From assembly GCA_044229975.1 (NCBI GenBank), contig JBGARZ010000012.1, forward strand, positions 96,001 through 160,000: a DNA stretch of 64,000 bases, given 5' to 3'. The position numbers and the translations under genes are program-made. Below, one piece after another: positions 39,610 to 49,283 of this stretch (position 1 is the stretch's first letter; the number at the start of each line of letters is the position of its first letter). The notes beneath the pieces were generated by a model. That model did no database searches. It saw only the letters and a program-made list of their open reading frames with translations, and had not been told where the DNA came from. The stretch comes from Polyangiales bacterium. GTDB lineage: Bacteria; Myxococcota_A; Polyangia; Polyangiales; Ga0077539.

Positions 39610-39809
39610 CCTACCGCTGGTAGGGATTGCCCAGGTCGGGCGCGTCCGGGTCGGGCGGCGGCGGCGCCACCGGAACCGGAACCGGCACCGGCACCACCCG
39701 CACTGGAGACGTCGGCGCTCCCAGCACAGGCACCGGGGCGCTCGCTTCGGGCGCATCGTCATCACGTCGCCGTCGTCGCCCGCCGGGCTCCTCCGCGGGC
39801 GGCGCTGCC
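39610..39809 (-). repeat. displaced duplicate of the 3' end of the Ser/Thr kinase gene (att-like direct repeat)
   Basis: Near-identical to 41040-41248, with a 9-bp deletion and a few substitutions; includes the stop codon. Confidence 0.92.
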
Positions 39810-40156
39810 CGTCACGTCGCGCACGCAACGGTCGGGATCCCTCCCTCGAACAGCAGCGACATCCGGTGCGCCTGCTCCTCCATCGCCAGCCTCGCGGAGA
39901 TGGAAGCGCTGCTCGCCGCGAAGCGCTGATGGAGCGATCGCCCACCGCAAGCGAGTCCGGCCGCAACGCTCGCAACGTCCCCGGCCTTCGGCGTTGTGGC
40001 GCCGGTTGCGTACTACCTCGAATGGCGGGCGCGCGACCGACGACATGACCACGACATCGCCGACCGGGACGCGGCGATCAACCTGTTGCTGATCGGTCGA
40101 CAGGTGAAGGGCGAGACGCCGTAGAGGCCCTCCCCCCCGGAAGAACGCTCAGCGGA

Positions 40157-40189
40157 GTAACTTGACGTTACGTCTAGTCGCGTTAGGTT
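40157..40189 (+). promoter_or_regulatory. sigma70-type promoter with overlapping palindromes; probably leaderless TA transcript
   Basis: TTGACG (40162-40167), 16 bp, TAGGTT (40184-40189), ATG at 40196; palindrome GTAAC-TTGAC-GTTAC overlaps the -35. Confidence 0.6.
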
Positions 40190-40195
40190 TGCGCC

Positions 40196-40456
40196 ATGAC
40201 CGAAGCCGAGGCGCTTCAGCACATCAAGGGCTACGCCTCAGCGGGCCGCATCCGGTACTCGCCGCACGCGCTGGAGCGAATGGCGGAGCGGGGCGCGCGG
40301 GAAGATGACGTGCGCCGCGCCATCGCGACGGCCACGAGAGCGGTCGGACAGGCGAACGGTCGGTGGCTGGTGACGGGCGGCGTCGACCGTGACGGGGACG
40401 AGCTCACACCTGTCGTCGTTCTGGAAGGAGGAGTGGTTGTCGTGACCTTGTACTGA
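40196..40456 (+). CDS. DUF4258 family (RelE-like) toxin
   Basis: RIRYSPHALERMAERG...DVRRAI...RWLVTGG.D.DG.EL..VV.....VVVVTLY; upstream of an HTH antitoxin. Confidence 0.85.
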   Translation: MTEAEALQHIKGYASAGRIRYSPHALERMAERGAREDDVRRAIATATRAVGQANGRWLVTGGVDRDGDELTPVVVLEGGVVVVTLY

Positions 40457-40501
40457 GCGCGAATGCTGGAGCTGGGGATTGCTGGAGATGAGGAGACGGA
40501 C

Positions 40502-40963
40502 ATGAAGAATGAGAAGTGCCACGCCTGCGGAGCGACGCCTCTCGTGGAGTCGACGACCACGATGAAGCGCGCGTTCGGCGAACAGGTTTACACGGCAGAG
40601 CTGCCAGCGACGGCGTGCCCCGCCTGCGGCGAGGCTGTCGTCGAGGGCGACGTGCTCGCGCGCTACGACGCCGCGCTGACCCACGCCCTCGTGCGGCACG
40701 GACAACCTGGTGCGGCGGCAGTGAAGTGGCTGCGCAAGGCGGCGCGCCTCACCGGGGCCGAGCTCGCGGCGCTGCTTGGAGTGACGCCCGAGTCGGTGTC
40801 ACGTTGGGAGAACGACCGCACGGCCATGGACCGCGCGACCTGGGTAACCCTCGGGGCGCTCGCGATCGAAGCAGAGGAAGGGCGCTCCGACACGGCCGAC
40901 ATGCTGCGGGCCCGCGCAGAGCCGCGTAAGCCGGTGGTGCGGGTGTCGCTAGCGTTCGCCTGA
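40502..40963 (+). CDS. MqsA/YgiT-type zinc-ribbon plus XRE-HTH antitoxin
   Basis: CHACG...CPACGE zinc ribbon; LRKAARLTGAELAALLGVTPESVSRWEN HTH; RBS GAGGAG/GGA before ATG 40502. Confidence 0.88.
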   Translation: MKNEKCHACGATPLVESTTTMKRAFGEQVYTAELPATACPACGEAVVEGDVLARYDAALTHALVRHGQPGAAAVKWLRKAARLTGAELAALLGVTPESVSRWENDRTAMDRATWVTLGALAIEAEEGRSDTADMLRARAEPRKPVVRVSLAFA

Positions 40964-41040
40964 CATCACGCCGGAGTCCCGCTCGACCCCTTCGGTGGGC
41001 AGCGAGAAACCGAGCACCCACTCCGCCCACTGTAGACTCC

Positions 41041-43536
41041 CTACCGCTGGTAGGGATTGCCCAGGTCGGGCGCGTCCGGGTCGGGCGGCGGCGGCGCCAC
41101 CGGAACCGGAACCGGCACCGGCACCACCCGCACTGGAGCCGTCGGCGCTCCCAGCACAGGCACCGGGGCGGTCGCTTCGGGCGCCTCGTCATCACGCCGC
41201 CGTCGTCGCCGTCGTCGCCCGCCGGGCTCCTCCGCGGGCGGCGCTGCCACGACCGCAGGCGTCGGCGCAGGGGCAGGTGCAGGCGGCTCGATGATGACCG
41301 GCGCAGGCGCGGGTGCGGGTGCGGGCGCGGGTGCGGGTGGAACGACCGCAGGCACAGGCGCAGGCGGAGCGACCACGACGGGCGCAGGCGCAGGCGGAGC
41401 GACGACCACGGGCGCGGGCGTTGGCGCGGGCCTGACCACCACGGGCGCAGGCGTCGGCGCAGGCGTCGGCGCGGGGGGATTGCGCGACATCATCCACAGG
41501 AGGCCGGCCGCTCCGAGCGCGGCGACGATGATCATCCCGAAGGCGAAGGCGAGGAGGTTGTTGCGACGTTCGCTGCCGGGTGAGGCGCGATGGGCGGCGG
41601 TAGCGACGGCCGACGGCGGCGCGGCTTCACCGCCCAGCGACCACGCCTGCTGTTGCTGCGAAGACGGCCCGTTGAGCGGACCAAACGGCGCCGTGTACGC
41701 CGGCCCGAGCACCCCCGACCCCTGCGTCGGCGGCAGCGGCGCGAACGACGGCTGCATCCCGCCGGGGCCTTGTCCCATCGGCGGATACGACGGGTACTGC
41801 TGTTGCTGCATCGGGGCCGTCTGCATCGGCGACGGGCCCGACGGGTACCGCTCCGGCGCCGCGCGCACCGGCGACGGGCCCGACTCGTACCGCATCGGCG
41901 CGGGCGCGAGCGCGGCCGCCATCTGTCCCCGATCAAAGGCACCCGACGGCTCGGGCTGGATCTCCTCGATGTCGTCGTCGATGTCCGCTTCGAGCGTCGC
42001 GTCGGGCGCCCCACCCGGAACCCCGCTGATGCGCAGCCGCTCCATGATGACGTCCATGGGCGCGGCCTCCATGATCGTCGCGTTGGCGTCGGGCTGCTCG
42101 AAGTCCGGCGCCGTCCCCGCCGCCTCGCCCTTCAGCCACGACTCGTGCGGCGACCCCGGGGCGACGGCCATGGTCGCCATCTCTTCATCGAAATCCTGCT
42201 CGAAGGTGAGCGCCACCGGCGCGGCGGGCGGCGGCTGCGACTCGGGCCCCATGCCCATCACCGTCGGCCGGTTGGGGCGCGCAGGCGGAGGCGTCACCGG
42301 GGCCGCCACCGTTGCCCTCAAGGGCAGCTTCGTCGGAGCAACGTTGGCCGCGCGCGGGGCAGGCTTCGGCGTGGGGGGCGCGACGGGCGCGGCGCGTTGC
42401 ACCGGGACGCCCACCATCGTCGGCGGGCGAAACTTCTGCCCCGGCGGCGGCATCGACGCGGGACCCGACTGCGAGCGCACCTGCGACGGCGCGGCCGACA
42501 GCGGCAGGTCGAGCGCCTTGAAGCTGCCGGTGCTCGCCCCCTCGGCGGTGGGCGGCAGGCCGTTGGCGATGCGACCGCGCTCGCGCTGGATGCGTTCGCC
42601 GCAGATCTTCTGCATGTACGCGGCGACCGCGCGGTGGTTGCCCGGACCACCCACCACCTTGGTCGCACGCTCGATGGCGTCGGCGAACTCGTGCGCCGAG
42701 GCGAAGCGGTTGGCCGGGTCGCGCTCCAGGGCCTTCATCACGACTTGCTCAAGGCTGGCGGGCACCGACGGCGCCGCGTCCTTCAAGCGGGGGATGGGCT
42801 CGAACAAGAGGTGGTTGAGCACCTCGACGTCGCTGTCGCCCTGGAAGAGACGGCGGCCCGCGAACACTTCCCAGAGGATGATGCCCATGGCGAAGAGGTC
42901 GACGCGGCGGTCGATCTCCTGCCGCCGGGTCTGCTCCGGGGCCATGTACGAGATCTTGCCCTTGAGCTGCCCGTCGCGGGTCTGCGTGAGGCGCGAGCCC
43001 GCCTTGGCGATACCGAAGTCGGTAAGACGCGCGGCGCCGTCGGTGCCGAGGAGGATGTTTTGCGGCGACACGTCGCGGTGGACGAGGTTGAGGAAGTCGC
43101 CGTTGTCGTCGACGAGGTCGTGCGCCGCCTGGAGGCCGCCGAGGATATCGAGCGCGATGCGCGACGCCACCGGGACGGGCACCTTGTCGCCCATCTTCGT
43201 CGCCATGCGCGAGAGCGTGAGCAGCGTCACGCCCTCGATGTATTCCATCACGATGTAGAGACCGTCCTGGTCTTCCACGTCGAGGGTCGCGACCACGTGC
43301 GGGTGCCGGATGCGCGCCGCCAGCCGCGCTTCATCCAGGAACATCTGCACGAACTCCTCCTCGCCTTCGAGGTGGGGGTGCAGCCGCTTGATGGCGACGA
43401 GCCGCGAGAACCCCTTGGCCCCCATGGACTTCGCCAGGAACACCGTGGCCATGCCGCCGGAGGCGATCTCGCCGAGCACCTCGTAGCGCCCGATGCGGCG
43501 CGCCTGCGGGGCCAACGGATCGTCGAAGCTCGCCAT
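41041..43536 (-). CDS. Hanks-type Ser/Thr protein kinase with TM helix and Pro-rich tail
   Basis: IASGGMATV, VAIK, HRDVSPQNIL, DFGIAK, YMAPEQ, DLFAMG; TM LLAFAFGMIIVAALGAAGLLW. Confidence 0.95.
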   Translation of the reverse strand: MASFDDPLAPQARRIGRYEVLGEIASGGMATVFLAKSMGAKGFSRLVAIKRLHPHLEGEEEFVQMFLDEARLAARIRHPHVVATLDVEDQDGLYIVMEYIEGVTLLTLSRMATKMGDKVPVPVASRIALDILGGLQAAHDLVDDNGDFLNLVHRDVSPQNILLGTDGAARLTDFGIAKAGSRLTQTRDGQLKGKISYMAPEQTRRQEIDRRVDLFAMGIILWEVFAGRRLFQGDSDVEVLNHLLFEPIPRLKDAAPSVPASLEQVVMKALERDPANRFASAHEFADAIERATKVVGGPGNHRAVAAYMQKICGERIQRERGRIANGLPPTAEGASTGSFKALDLPLSAAPSQVRSQSGPASMPPPGQKFRPPTMVGVPVQRAAPVAPPTPKPAPRAANVAPTKLPLRATVAAPVTPPPARPNRPTVMGMGPESQPPPAAPVALTFEQDFDEEMATMAVAPGSPHESWLKGEAAGTAPDFEQPDANATIMEAAPMDVIMERLRISGVPGGAPDATLEADIDDDIEEIQPEPSGAFDRGQMAAALAPAPMRYESGPSPVRAAPERYPSGPSPMQTAPMQQQQYPSYPPMGQGPGGMQPSFAPLPPTQGSGVLGPAYTAPFGPLNGPSSQQQQAWSLGGEAAPPSAVATAAHRASPGSERRNNLLAFAFGMIIVAALGAAGLLWMMSRNPPAPTPAPTPAPVVVRPAPTPAPVVVAPPAPAPVVVAPPAPVPAVVPPAPAPAPAPAPAPVIIEPPAPAPAPTPAVVAAPPAEEPGGRRRRRRRRDDEAPEATAPVPVLGAPTAPVRVVPVPVPVPVAPPPPDPDAPDLGNPYQR

Positions 43537-44519
43537 CAGAACCTTCCCCCGACGACCACGCCCGAGGCTGAGATGCCCGCGTACGGCCGGGCGCTACGCC
43601 AGCGCGTGAAGAACGCCCCGATGATGACGGTGGTGACGCCCGCCGCGGCGGTGGCGCCCGCGAGGACGTTGGTGCGCAGCTCGCGCACGCGCCCGTCGTC
43701 GAGGGCCGCCTGGGTGGGGTTGCTGGCGTACTCCTCGCTGCCCGCGACGGTGTCGAGGCCGCTCCAGACGAGGGCGCCGGCGAGGCCGAGGGTGATGATG
43801 GTGCCGGTGACGAAGACCCCGGCCGGGAGCCCGTCGGGTGTGGGCGGATCGACTGGTCGCTCGACCGGCGGCGGCGTGACGGGCCGCTCGGCGGTGGGGG
43901 CCTGACCGCGCAGAACGGGCGGGAGTTCGTTGTCGGTGACGGGGGTCGACGGTGTGAGGGGTGGCGTCGGAGCGGCGGGCGCGCGCAGGCCGTCGACGGG
44001 CATGGTGAGCTCGATGGGGTTGTTGCTCCCGGCGAGGAGGTTGAGCTGGCGGTGGGTGACGCGCATGCCCCACGCGCCGGTGAGGGTGTGGGCGCCGGGG
44101 TCGGCGAAGACGTCGGCGCGGCAGGAGCGGTCGTCGAGGGAGAGGTCGCAGCCGTCGCACTGCACGGTGATGCGCGCGAGCGAGGGGGAGAGCTCGTCGA
44201 TGACGCGCTGGGCGTAGGCGGTGATGCGGGGGTCGCTCACCTCGCGGCGCTGGAGGGTGAGCGCGAGGGTGGCGGCGCGGGCGTCGTGCGTGGGGGTGTG
44301 CACGCCGCGGTGTGCGCGGATGGCCTGGATGAGCGCTTGCGGCGCGGGGCTGGTGCGGTCGGCGGTCTCGAAGAACTCCGCGGCGGCGCTGAAGTCCCCA
44401 TTGGTGAAGGCGCGCTGGCCCTGCTCGTAGGCGGCCGCGGCCTCGTCGGTGCTGGTCTGCGCGAAGGCCGGGGTGGAGCCGAGGGCGAGCGCGCAGGAGA
44501 ATGCGACGCCTCGGAGCAT
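43536..44519 (-). CDS. secreted TPR/PEGA-like protein coupled to the kinase gene
   Basis: Signal peptide (..PAFAQ), [25 protein letters not shown] helix, hydrophobic C-terminus ending VVVGGRF; TGATG overlap with the kinase start. Start uncertain. Confidence 0.75.
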   Translation of the reverse strand: MLRGVAFSCALALGSTPAFAQTSTDEAAAAYEQGQRAFTNGDFSAAAEFFETADRTSPAPQALIQAIRAHRGVHTPTHDARAATLALTLQRREVSDPRITAYAQRVIDELSPSLARITVQCDGCDLSLDDRSCRADVFADPGAHTLTGAWGMRVTHRQLNLLAGSNNPIELTMPVDGLRAPAAPTPPLTPSTPVTDNELPPVLRGQAPTAERPVTPPPVERPVDPPTPDGLPAGVFVTGTIITLGLAGALVWSGLDTVAGSEEYASNPTQAALDDGRVRELRTNVLAGATAAAGVTTVIIGAFFTRWRSARPYAGISASGVVVGGRF

Positions 44520-44701
44520 CGCACCCCCTCGGGGCACCACCGGCGTCAGGAACATCACCGCCACGGTGGCGACATGCTTCGAAATTCGAGCGGGGAAGTC
44601 AAGGATCGCGAGCGCCGCGAGGTAGGTCAACGGAGTCACGCCACGGTGCGTTGGAGGTGCGTTGCGGGACGGGAGAGGGGGACGTAAGGTCCGCGCCGCT
44701 C

Positions 44702-45811
44702 ATGGCCACGGACTATTACGAAGTGCTGGGCGTCGCGCGCGGCGCGACGGGCGAGGAGATCAAGTCGGCGTACCGCAAGGCGGCGCTGAAGTATCACCCC
44801 GACCGCAACCCCAACGACGCCGAGGCAGAGGCGAAGTTCAAACAGTGTTCGGAGGCGTACCACGTGCTCTCCGACGCCGATCGGCGGGCGCACTTCGACC
44901 GACACGGCAGCGCCCCGTCGGGGCCGGGTGGGATGCCCGACTTCCAGCAGATCAACATCGAGGAGCTGTTCAGCGACCTGATGGGGGGACTGTTCGGCAA
45001 CATGGGCGGCGGGGTCGGGAGCTTCGTGCGGGGGCAGACACGCGGCGGTCGCGACATCGCGCTCGACCTGAGCATCACCCTCGAAGAGGCCGCCAGGGGT
45101 TGCGAGAAGACCATCGAGTTCGAGCGACCCGCGGTGTGCGACACGTGCTCGGGCCGCGGGGCCGCGCCGGGGACGGCGGTGGACACCTGCCCGGCGTGTA
45201 CGGGGCGCGGCGAGGTCCGGTACCAGCAGGGCTTCTTCAAGATGAGCCGGCCGTGCGGTCGCTGCGGCGCCAAGGGGACCATCCCCCGCGAGCCGTGCGC
45301 GAAGTGCAGCGGGTCGGGCGTGATGAAGCGCACCGAGAAGCTCCAGGTGGTGCTGCCCGCGGGTGTTGATGACGGCGCGACGCGCACGGTCGACGGGTAT
45401 GGCGAGGCGCCGGGCAACGGGATGCCGTCGGGCAACCTGGAGATCACGGTGCGCATCGCGCAGCACGACGTGTTCACGCGGGACGGGCAGGACCTGCGCT
45501 GCACCCTGCCCCTGACCTTCCCCCAGGCGGCGCTCGGATCGATGGTGGACGTGCCGACGCTCGAAGGCGGCGCGAAGCTGCGGATCCCGGCGGGCACGCA
45601 GCCCGGGCAGGAGCTGCGGCTGCGCGGCAAGGGTATGCCGCGGTTTGGCGGGTATGCGCGCGGCGATCAGATCGTGACGGTGTCGCTGGAGGTTCCGACG
45701 ACGCTGAGTGACGAGCAGAGGGCGCTCATCACGCAGCTCGCGGCGTCGCTCGGCCAGGAGACGCACCCACAGCAGAAGACCTTCTTCGAGAAGCTCAAAG
45801 ACCTCCTCTAA
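44702..45811 (+). CDS. dnaJ: chaperone DnaJ (class A), paralog 1
   Basis: [13 protein letters not shown], four CxxCxGxG-type repeats, C-terminal substrate-binding domain. Confidence 0.93.
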   Translation: MATDYYEVLGVARGATGEEIKSAYRKAALKYHPDRNPNDAEAEAKFKQCSEAYHVLSDADRRAHFDRHGSAPSGPGGMPDFQQINIEELFSDLMGGLFGNMGGGVGSFVRGQTRGGRDIALDLSITLEEAARGCEKTIEFERPAVCDTCSGRGAAPGTAVDTCPACTGRGEVRYQQGFFKMSRPCGRCGAKGTIPREPCAKCSGSGVMKRTEKLQVVLPAGVDDGATRTVDGYGEAPGNGMPSGNLEITVRIAQHDVFTRDGQDLRCTLPLTFPQAALGSMVDVPTLEGGAKLRIPAGTQPGQELRLRGKGMPRFGGYARGDQIVTVSLEVPTTLSDEQRALITQLAASLGQETHPQQKTFFEKLKDLL

Positions 45812-45832
45812 AGTTGATCGGGATATACGGCG

Positions 45833-46933
45833 ATGGCAGCGGGCAAGCGGGATTACTACGAGGTTCTCGGGGTGCAGAAGACCTCGACGGCCGACGAGAT
45901 CAAGAAGTCGTTTCGGAAGGAGGCGTTCAAGTACCACCCCGACCGCAACGAGGGTAACGCCGAGGCCGAGGCGAAGTTCAAGGAGGCCACCGAGGCCTAC
46001 GACGTGCTGTCCGACAGCGAGAAGCGGAAGATCTACGACCAGTACGGTCACGCCGGTCTCGAAGGTCAGGGCATGCGGCCGCCCGAGGACATCTTCGAGC
46101 AGTTTCAAGACCTCTTCGCCGACTTCTTCGGCTCGGGCTTCGGCGGTGGTGGCGGCGGCGGCGGACGCGGTCGCGGCGGCGGTCGCAACAGCCAGCCGAG
46201 GGTTCAGCCGGGACGTGACCTGCGCACGGGCGTGAGGCTGAACCTCCGCGAGGCGGTGTTTGGCACCAAGCGCGACGTGAGCGTGGTGTTTCCGGCGGTG
46301 TGCGCGACCTGCAACGGGAGCGGCGCGGCGAAGGGCAGTCAGCCCGTGACGTGCAACGGCTGCAAGGGCCGCGGCCAGGTCACGCAGGGGAGCATGGGCT
46401 TCATGATCGCGATGCCGTGCCCCGAGTGTGGCGGTGCGGGCAAGGTGATCAACAAGCCGTGCGGTGACTGTCGGGGCAGGGGCGAGGTGCGCTCGGAGAA
46501 GAAGGTGAAGGTGTCGATCCCCGCGGGCATCGACCACGGGCAGGCGATTCGCGTGGGCGGCCACGGCGAGCCGGGGCCCAACGGCGGCCCGGCGGGCAAC
46601 CTGCTGGTGGTGGTCGAGGTCGAGCAGGACTCGAAGTTCCAGCGCGAGGGCAACGACCTGCTCGTGGAGGTGCCGGTGGCGTTCCATATCGCGGCGCTGG
46701 GCGGGAGCGCGGAGCTGTCCAACCTCGATGGGACGCCCGTGACGGTGCAGATCCCGCCGGGCACGCAGCCCAACACGGCGTTTACGCTGGAGGGTATTGG
46801 CGTCCCGTACGTGGACGGCGGCGGCCGGGGGAACCTCATCGCCGTCGCGCGGGTGGAAGTGCCGCGGCGCATGAACGCCAAGGCCCGCAAGGCCCTCGAA
46901 GACTTCGCGAGGGCGCTCAACGGGGAAGGGTGA
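45833..46933 (+). CDS. dnaJ: chaperone DnaJ (class A), paralog 2
   Basis: [17 protein letters not shown]-rich region, four CxxCxGxG repeats. Confidence 0.93.
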   Translation: MAAGKRDYYEVLGVQKTSTADEIKKSFRKEAFKYHPDRNEGNAEAEAKFKEATEAYDVLSDSEKRKIYDQYGHAGLEGQGMRPPEDIFEQFQDLFADFFGSGFGGGGGGGGRGRGGGRNSQPRVQPGRDLRTGVRLNLREAVFGTKRDVSVVFPAVCATCNGSGAAKGSQPVTCNGCKGRGQVTQGSMGFMIAMPCPECGGAGKVINKPCGDCRGRGEVRSEKKVKVSIPAGIDHGQAIRVGGHGEPGPNGGPAGNLLVVVEVEQDSKFQREGNDLLVEVPVAFHIAALGGSAELSNLDGTPVTVQIPPGTQPNTAFTLEGIGVPYVDGGGRGNLIAVARVEVPRRMNAKARKALEDFARALNGEG

Positions 46934-49080
46934 GGCCCGGGGTTCGGGCGTCGGCCCTCGCCCTCTCTCTCGCCGCCTCCACAGCGGGCGCGCAGACGCC
47001 TCCGCAGCGCGTCGTCGTGGGCTCGTCCGCGGTGCTCGTCACCACCACCGCGACCACGGCGCGCGTCGCCACGTCGACCGGAACGGTGCTCTGGGAAGGC
47101 CCGACGACGTGGCAGGGGGAAGACCTCGGGATGCGTACCCGCGACGCGGTCACCGTCGACCACGGTGCCGTCGTCCGTGAGCGCTACGAGGAGAGCGGCG
47201 GGCCCTGCGGCGTCGGCGAGGTCCCGTCCGAGCGGTGGGTGGTCGACGCGTCGCTGCGCTTCGTTCGCGCACCCGACACGCGGCTCGCGGCGCTGGCGCA
47301 GACGGCCTTCGCGAGCGCCGAAGCGTCGGGGGCGAGCGTCGTCGCAGGCGCGTCGCCCGCGCTGCCGTTGCGGGGTGCGCGGGGTCGGCTCGCGGACGGC
47401 GCGGCGGTGTCCTCGCGGGCGCTGGAAGACGGCGACGCGCGCACCACGCAGGCGCTGACGGCGGGATCGTTCGTGACCGTACGACCGTCCCTCGGACCGG
47501 TGGCGCTGCGAGCAATGGAGCTCACCTCCGCGCCGGGCAGCGACCTCCCGCGGCGCTGGCTGCTCGCGGCCGAGCCCGGCGGGGTTCGGCGCGCGGTGAC
47601 GCTCACGCCGGAGGTGCTGGCGACGGCGCGGCGAGCGGGGCGTGTGCGGGTGATGCTGCCCACCATGGAGCGTGCGGAGTGCGTGACCCTCGTGGCGCTC
47701 GACCCCGGTGTGGTGGGCGATCTCGGGTGGATGACCTCCCTCGACGCGTCGGGCGACGGCGGCGTGGCGGCGCTGCTCGCGGCGGCCGACGGACCAGACG
47801 GAGACGCGGCGCTTCGCATGGCGCTCACGCTGGGCGAGCGGGGCGAGCGCGCGGTCATCGACGCGCTGCCGACGATGGGCGTGGTGGCGGCGCGTCGGGC
47901 GGTGCGGGCGCTGGCGGCGACGGGGCGCGCGACGGCGGTGACGGCGGCGGCGCGGGCGATGGCGCGCGACGAGGTGGTGGCCGCGGCGGAAGAGGCGCTC
48001 CAGCGAGCGGGCGCTCCGGCGATGGCGGCGGTGGCGGCGGTGGTGCCGGAGGTTCCGCGGGCGCTGCGGGCCATCGGGGGAATGCGGGCGTCGTGGGGCG
48101 CGCGGCTGGGCGCGGCGGCCTCGCTGCTGGGCGCGACGGACGACGCGTGGCGCGAGGGGCTGCCGACGCTGCGAGCGATGCTCACCGCGGCGGCGCGGGA
48201 GGACGGCGCGCGCTCGTGGGTCGAGGCGCTGCCGACGAGCGAGCCCGGTCGCTCGCGCGGGTTGCGCGTGGTGGCCGAGGCGCTGCGGGCGGACGACCCG
48301 GTGATGGCCCTGGCAGCGGAGCGGGCGCGGGCGCAGTGGGAGACGATGACGGAGTTCGCGTCGCGGTGGAGACTCCTGTCGCCGATGGCGGGCGACGCGG
48401 CGGGGCGAACGCTGGTCGGAGAGTTGGTCGCGGGTCGCGGTCCGGGCGCGACGGACGCCGATCTGCGGGCCGAGGGCGCGCGGGTGCTCGGGCGCGCCAA
48501 CGACACCACGGCGGCGTTGCTGGCGGGGTTGCGGGATGATGTTCCGCGGGTGAGGACGGCGGCGGCGACGGCGCTGCGGGGGCGGGTCGACGCGGTGGCG
48601 GGGCTGCGCGAGGTGCTGGCAGGCGATCGCTGGCCGACGGTTCGGGTGGCGGCGGCGGAGGCGCTGGGGCCGCGGGCGGAGGGAGCCGCGGCGCTGACGG
48701 CGGCGCTCGATACGCGCAACGCGCTGGTGGTGCGGGCGGCGCTGCGAGCGCTCGGAGAGAACCCCGGGGCGGGCGTGACGGCGCGGCTGGTCGCGTTTGC
48801 GAGCGACGGAGCGAGGGCGTCGCTCCTGCGACGCGAGGCGGTGGACGCGCTGGCGGGGCGCTGCGACGCGAGCGCGCTCGATGGCCTGGAGGCGATCGCG
48901 GCGACGCTGGGTGACGGCGCGCTGCCCGAGTACGAGCAGGACGTCGGGCACGCGGCGCTGGCGGCGATGGCGCGCATCGATGCGGGGCGGGCGCGGGCGT
49001 TTCTGGCGAGGAGCGAGGCCAACCCGGCGGCGCGAGCGGCGGTGGAGCGAGCGGCGCGCGGCGGGTGCGTAGCGCGGTAG
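46930..49080 (+). CDS. secreted HEAT-repeat protein
   Basis: GTGA overlap with dnaJ; signal peptide (AGAQ); repeats [31 protein letters not shown]. Confidence 0.75.
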   Translation: MRPGVRASALALSLAASTAGAQTPPQRVVVGSSAVLVTTTATTARVATSTGTVLWEGPTTWQGEDLGMRTRDAVTVDHGAVVRERYEESGGPCGVGEVPSERWVVDASLRFVRAPDTRLAALAQTAFASAEASGASVVAGASPALPLRGARGRLADGAAVSSRALEDGDARTTQALTAGSFVTVRPSLGPVALRAMELTSAPGSDLPRRWLLAAEPGGVRRAVTLTPEVLATARRAGRVRVMLPTMERAECVTLVALDPGVVGDLGWMTSLDASGDGGVAALLAAADGPDGDAALRMALTLGERGERAVIDALPTMGVVAARRAVRALAATGRATAVTAAARAMARDEVVAAAEEALQRAGAPAMAAVAAVVPEVPRALRAIGGMRASWGARLGAAASLLGATDDAWREGLPTLRAMLTAAAREDGARSWVEALPTSEPGRSRGLRVVAEALRADDPVMALAAERARAQWETMTEFASRWRLLSPMAGDAAGRTLVGELVAGRGPGATDADLRAEGARVLGRANDTTAALLAGLRDDVPRVRTAAATALRGRVDAVAGLREVLAGDRWPTVRVAAAEALGPRAEGAAALTAALDTRNALVVRAALRALGENPGAGVTARLVAFASDGARASLLRREAVDALAGRCDASALDGLEAIAATLGDGALPEYEQDVGHAALAAMARIDAGRARAFLARSEANPAARAAVERAARGGCVAR

Positions 49081-49120
49081 CGACGCGTTCGTCGTGGCGA
49101 CGCGCGGACGGCGATAGAGA

Positions 49121-49257
49121 AGCCGCCAGGACGCAAGGGTCGCAAGGAACAGATAGGTAAGGGTGGGAAGACGGGACTCGGTGAAGGTCGACTGCTCTGC
49201 GCGCTGTGCCTCGATCCTTCTCCGTCTGTTCCTTGCGACCCTTGCGCCCTGGCGGCT
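49121..49257. repeat. REP/REPIN-like palindromic element, copy C
   Basis: 33-bp arms AGCCGCCAGGACGCAAGGGTCGCAAGGAACAGA (49121-49153) and 49225-49257, one mismatch; between convergent genes. Confidence 0.85.
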
Positions 49258-49283
49258 CTTCTCCCTCTACGCCCCCCACGCGA

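Noticed and set aside
39810..40150. Possible integrase remnant inside the duplicated kinase ends
   Set aside because: I found no tyrosine- or serine-recombinase motif in the frames I read.
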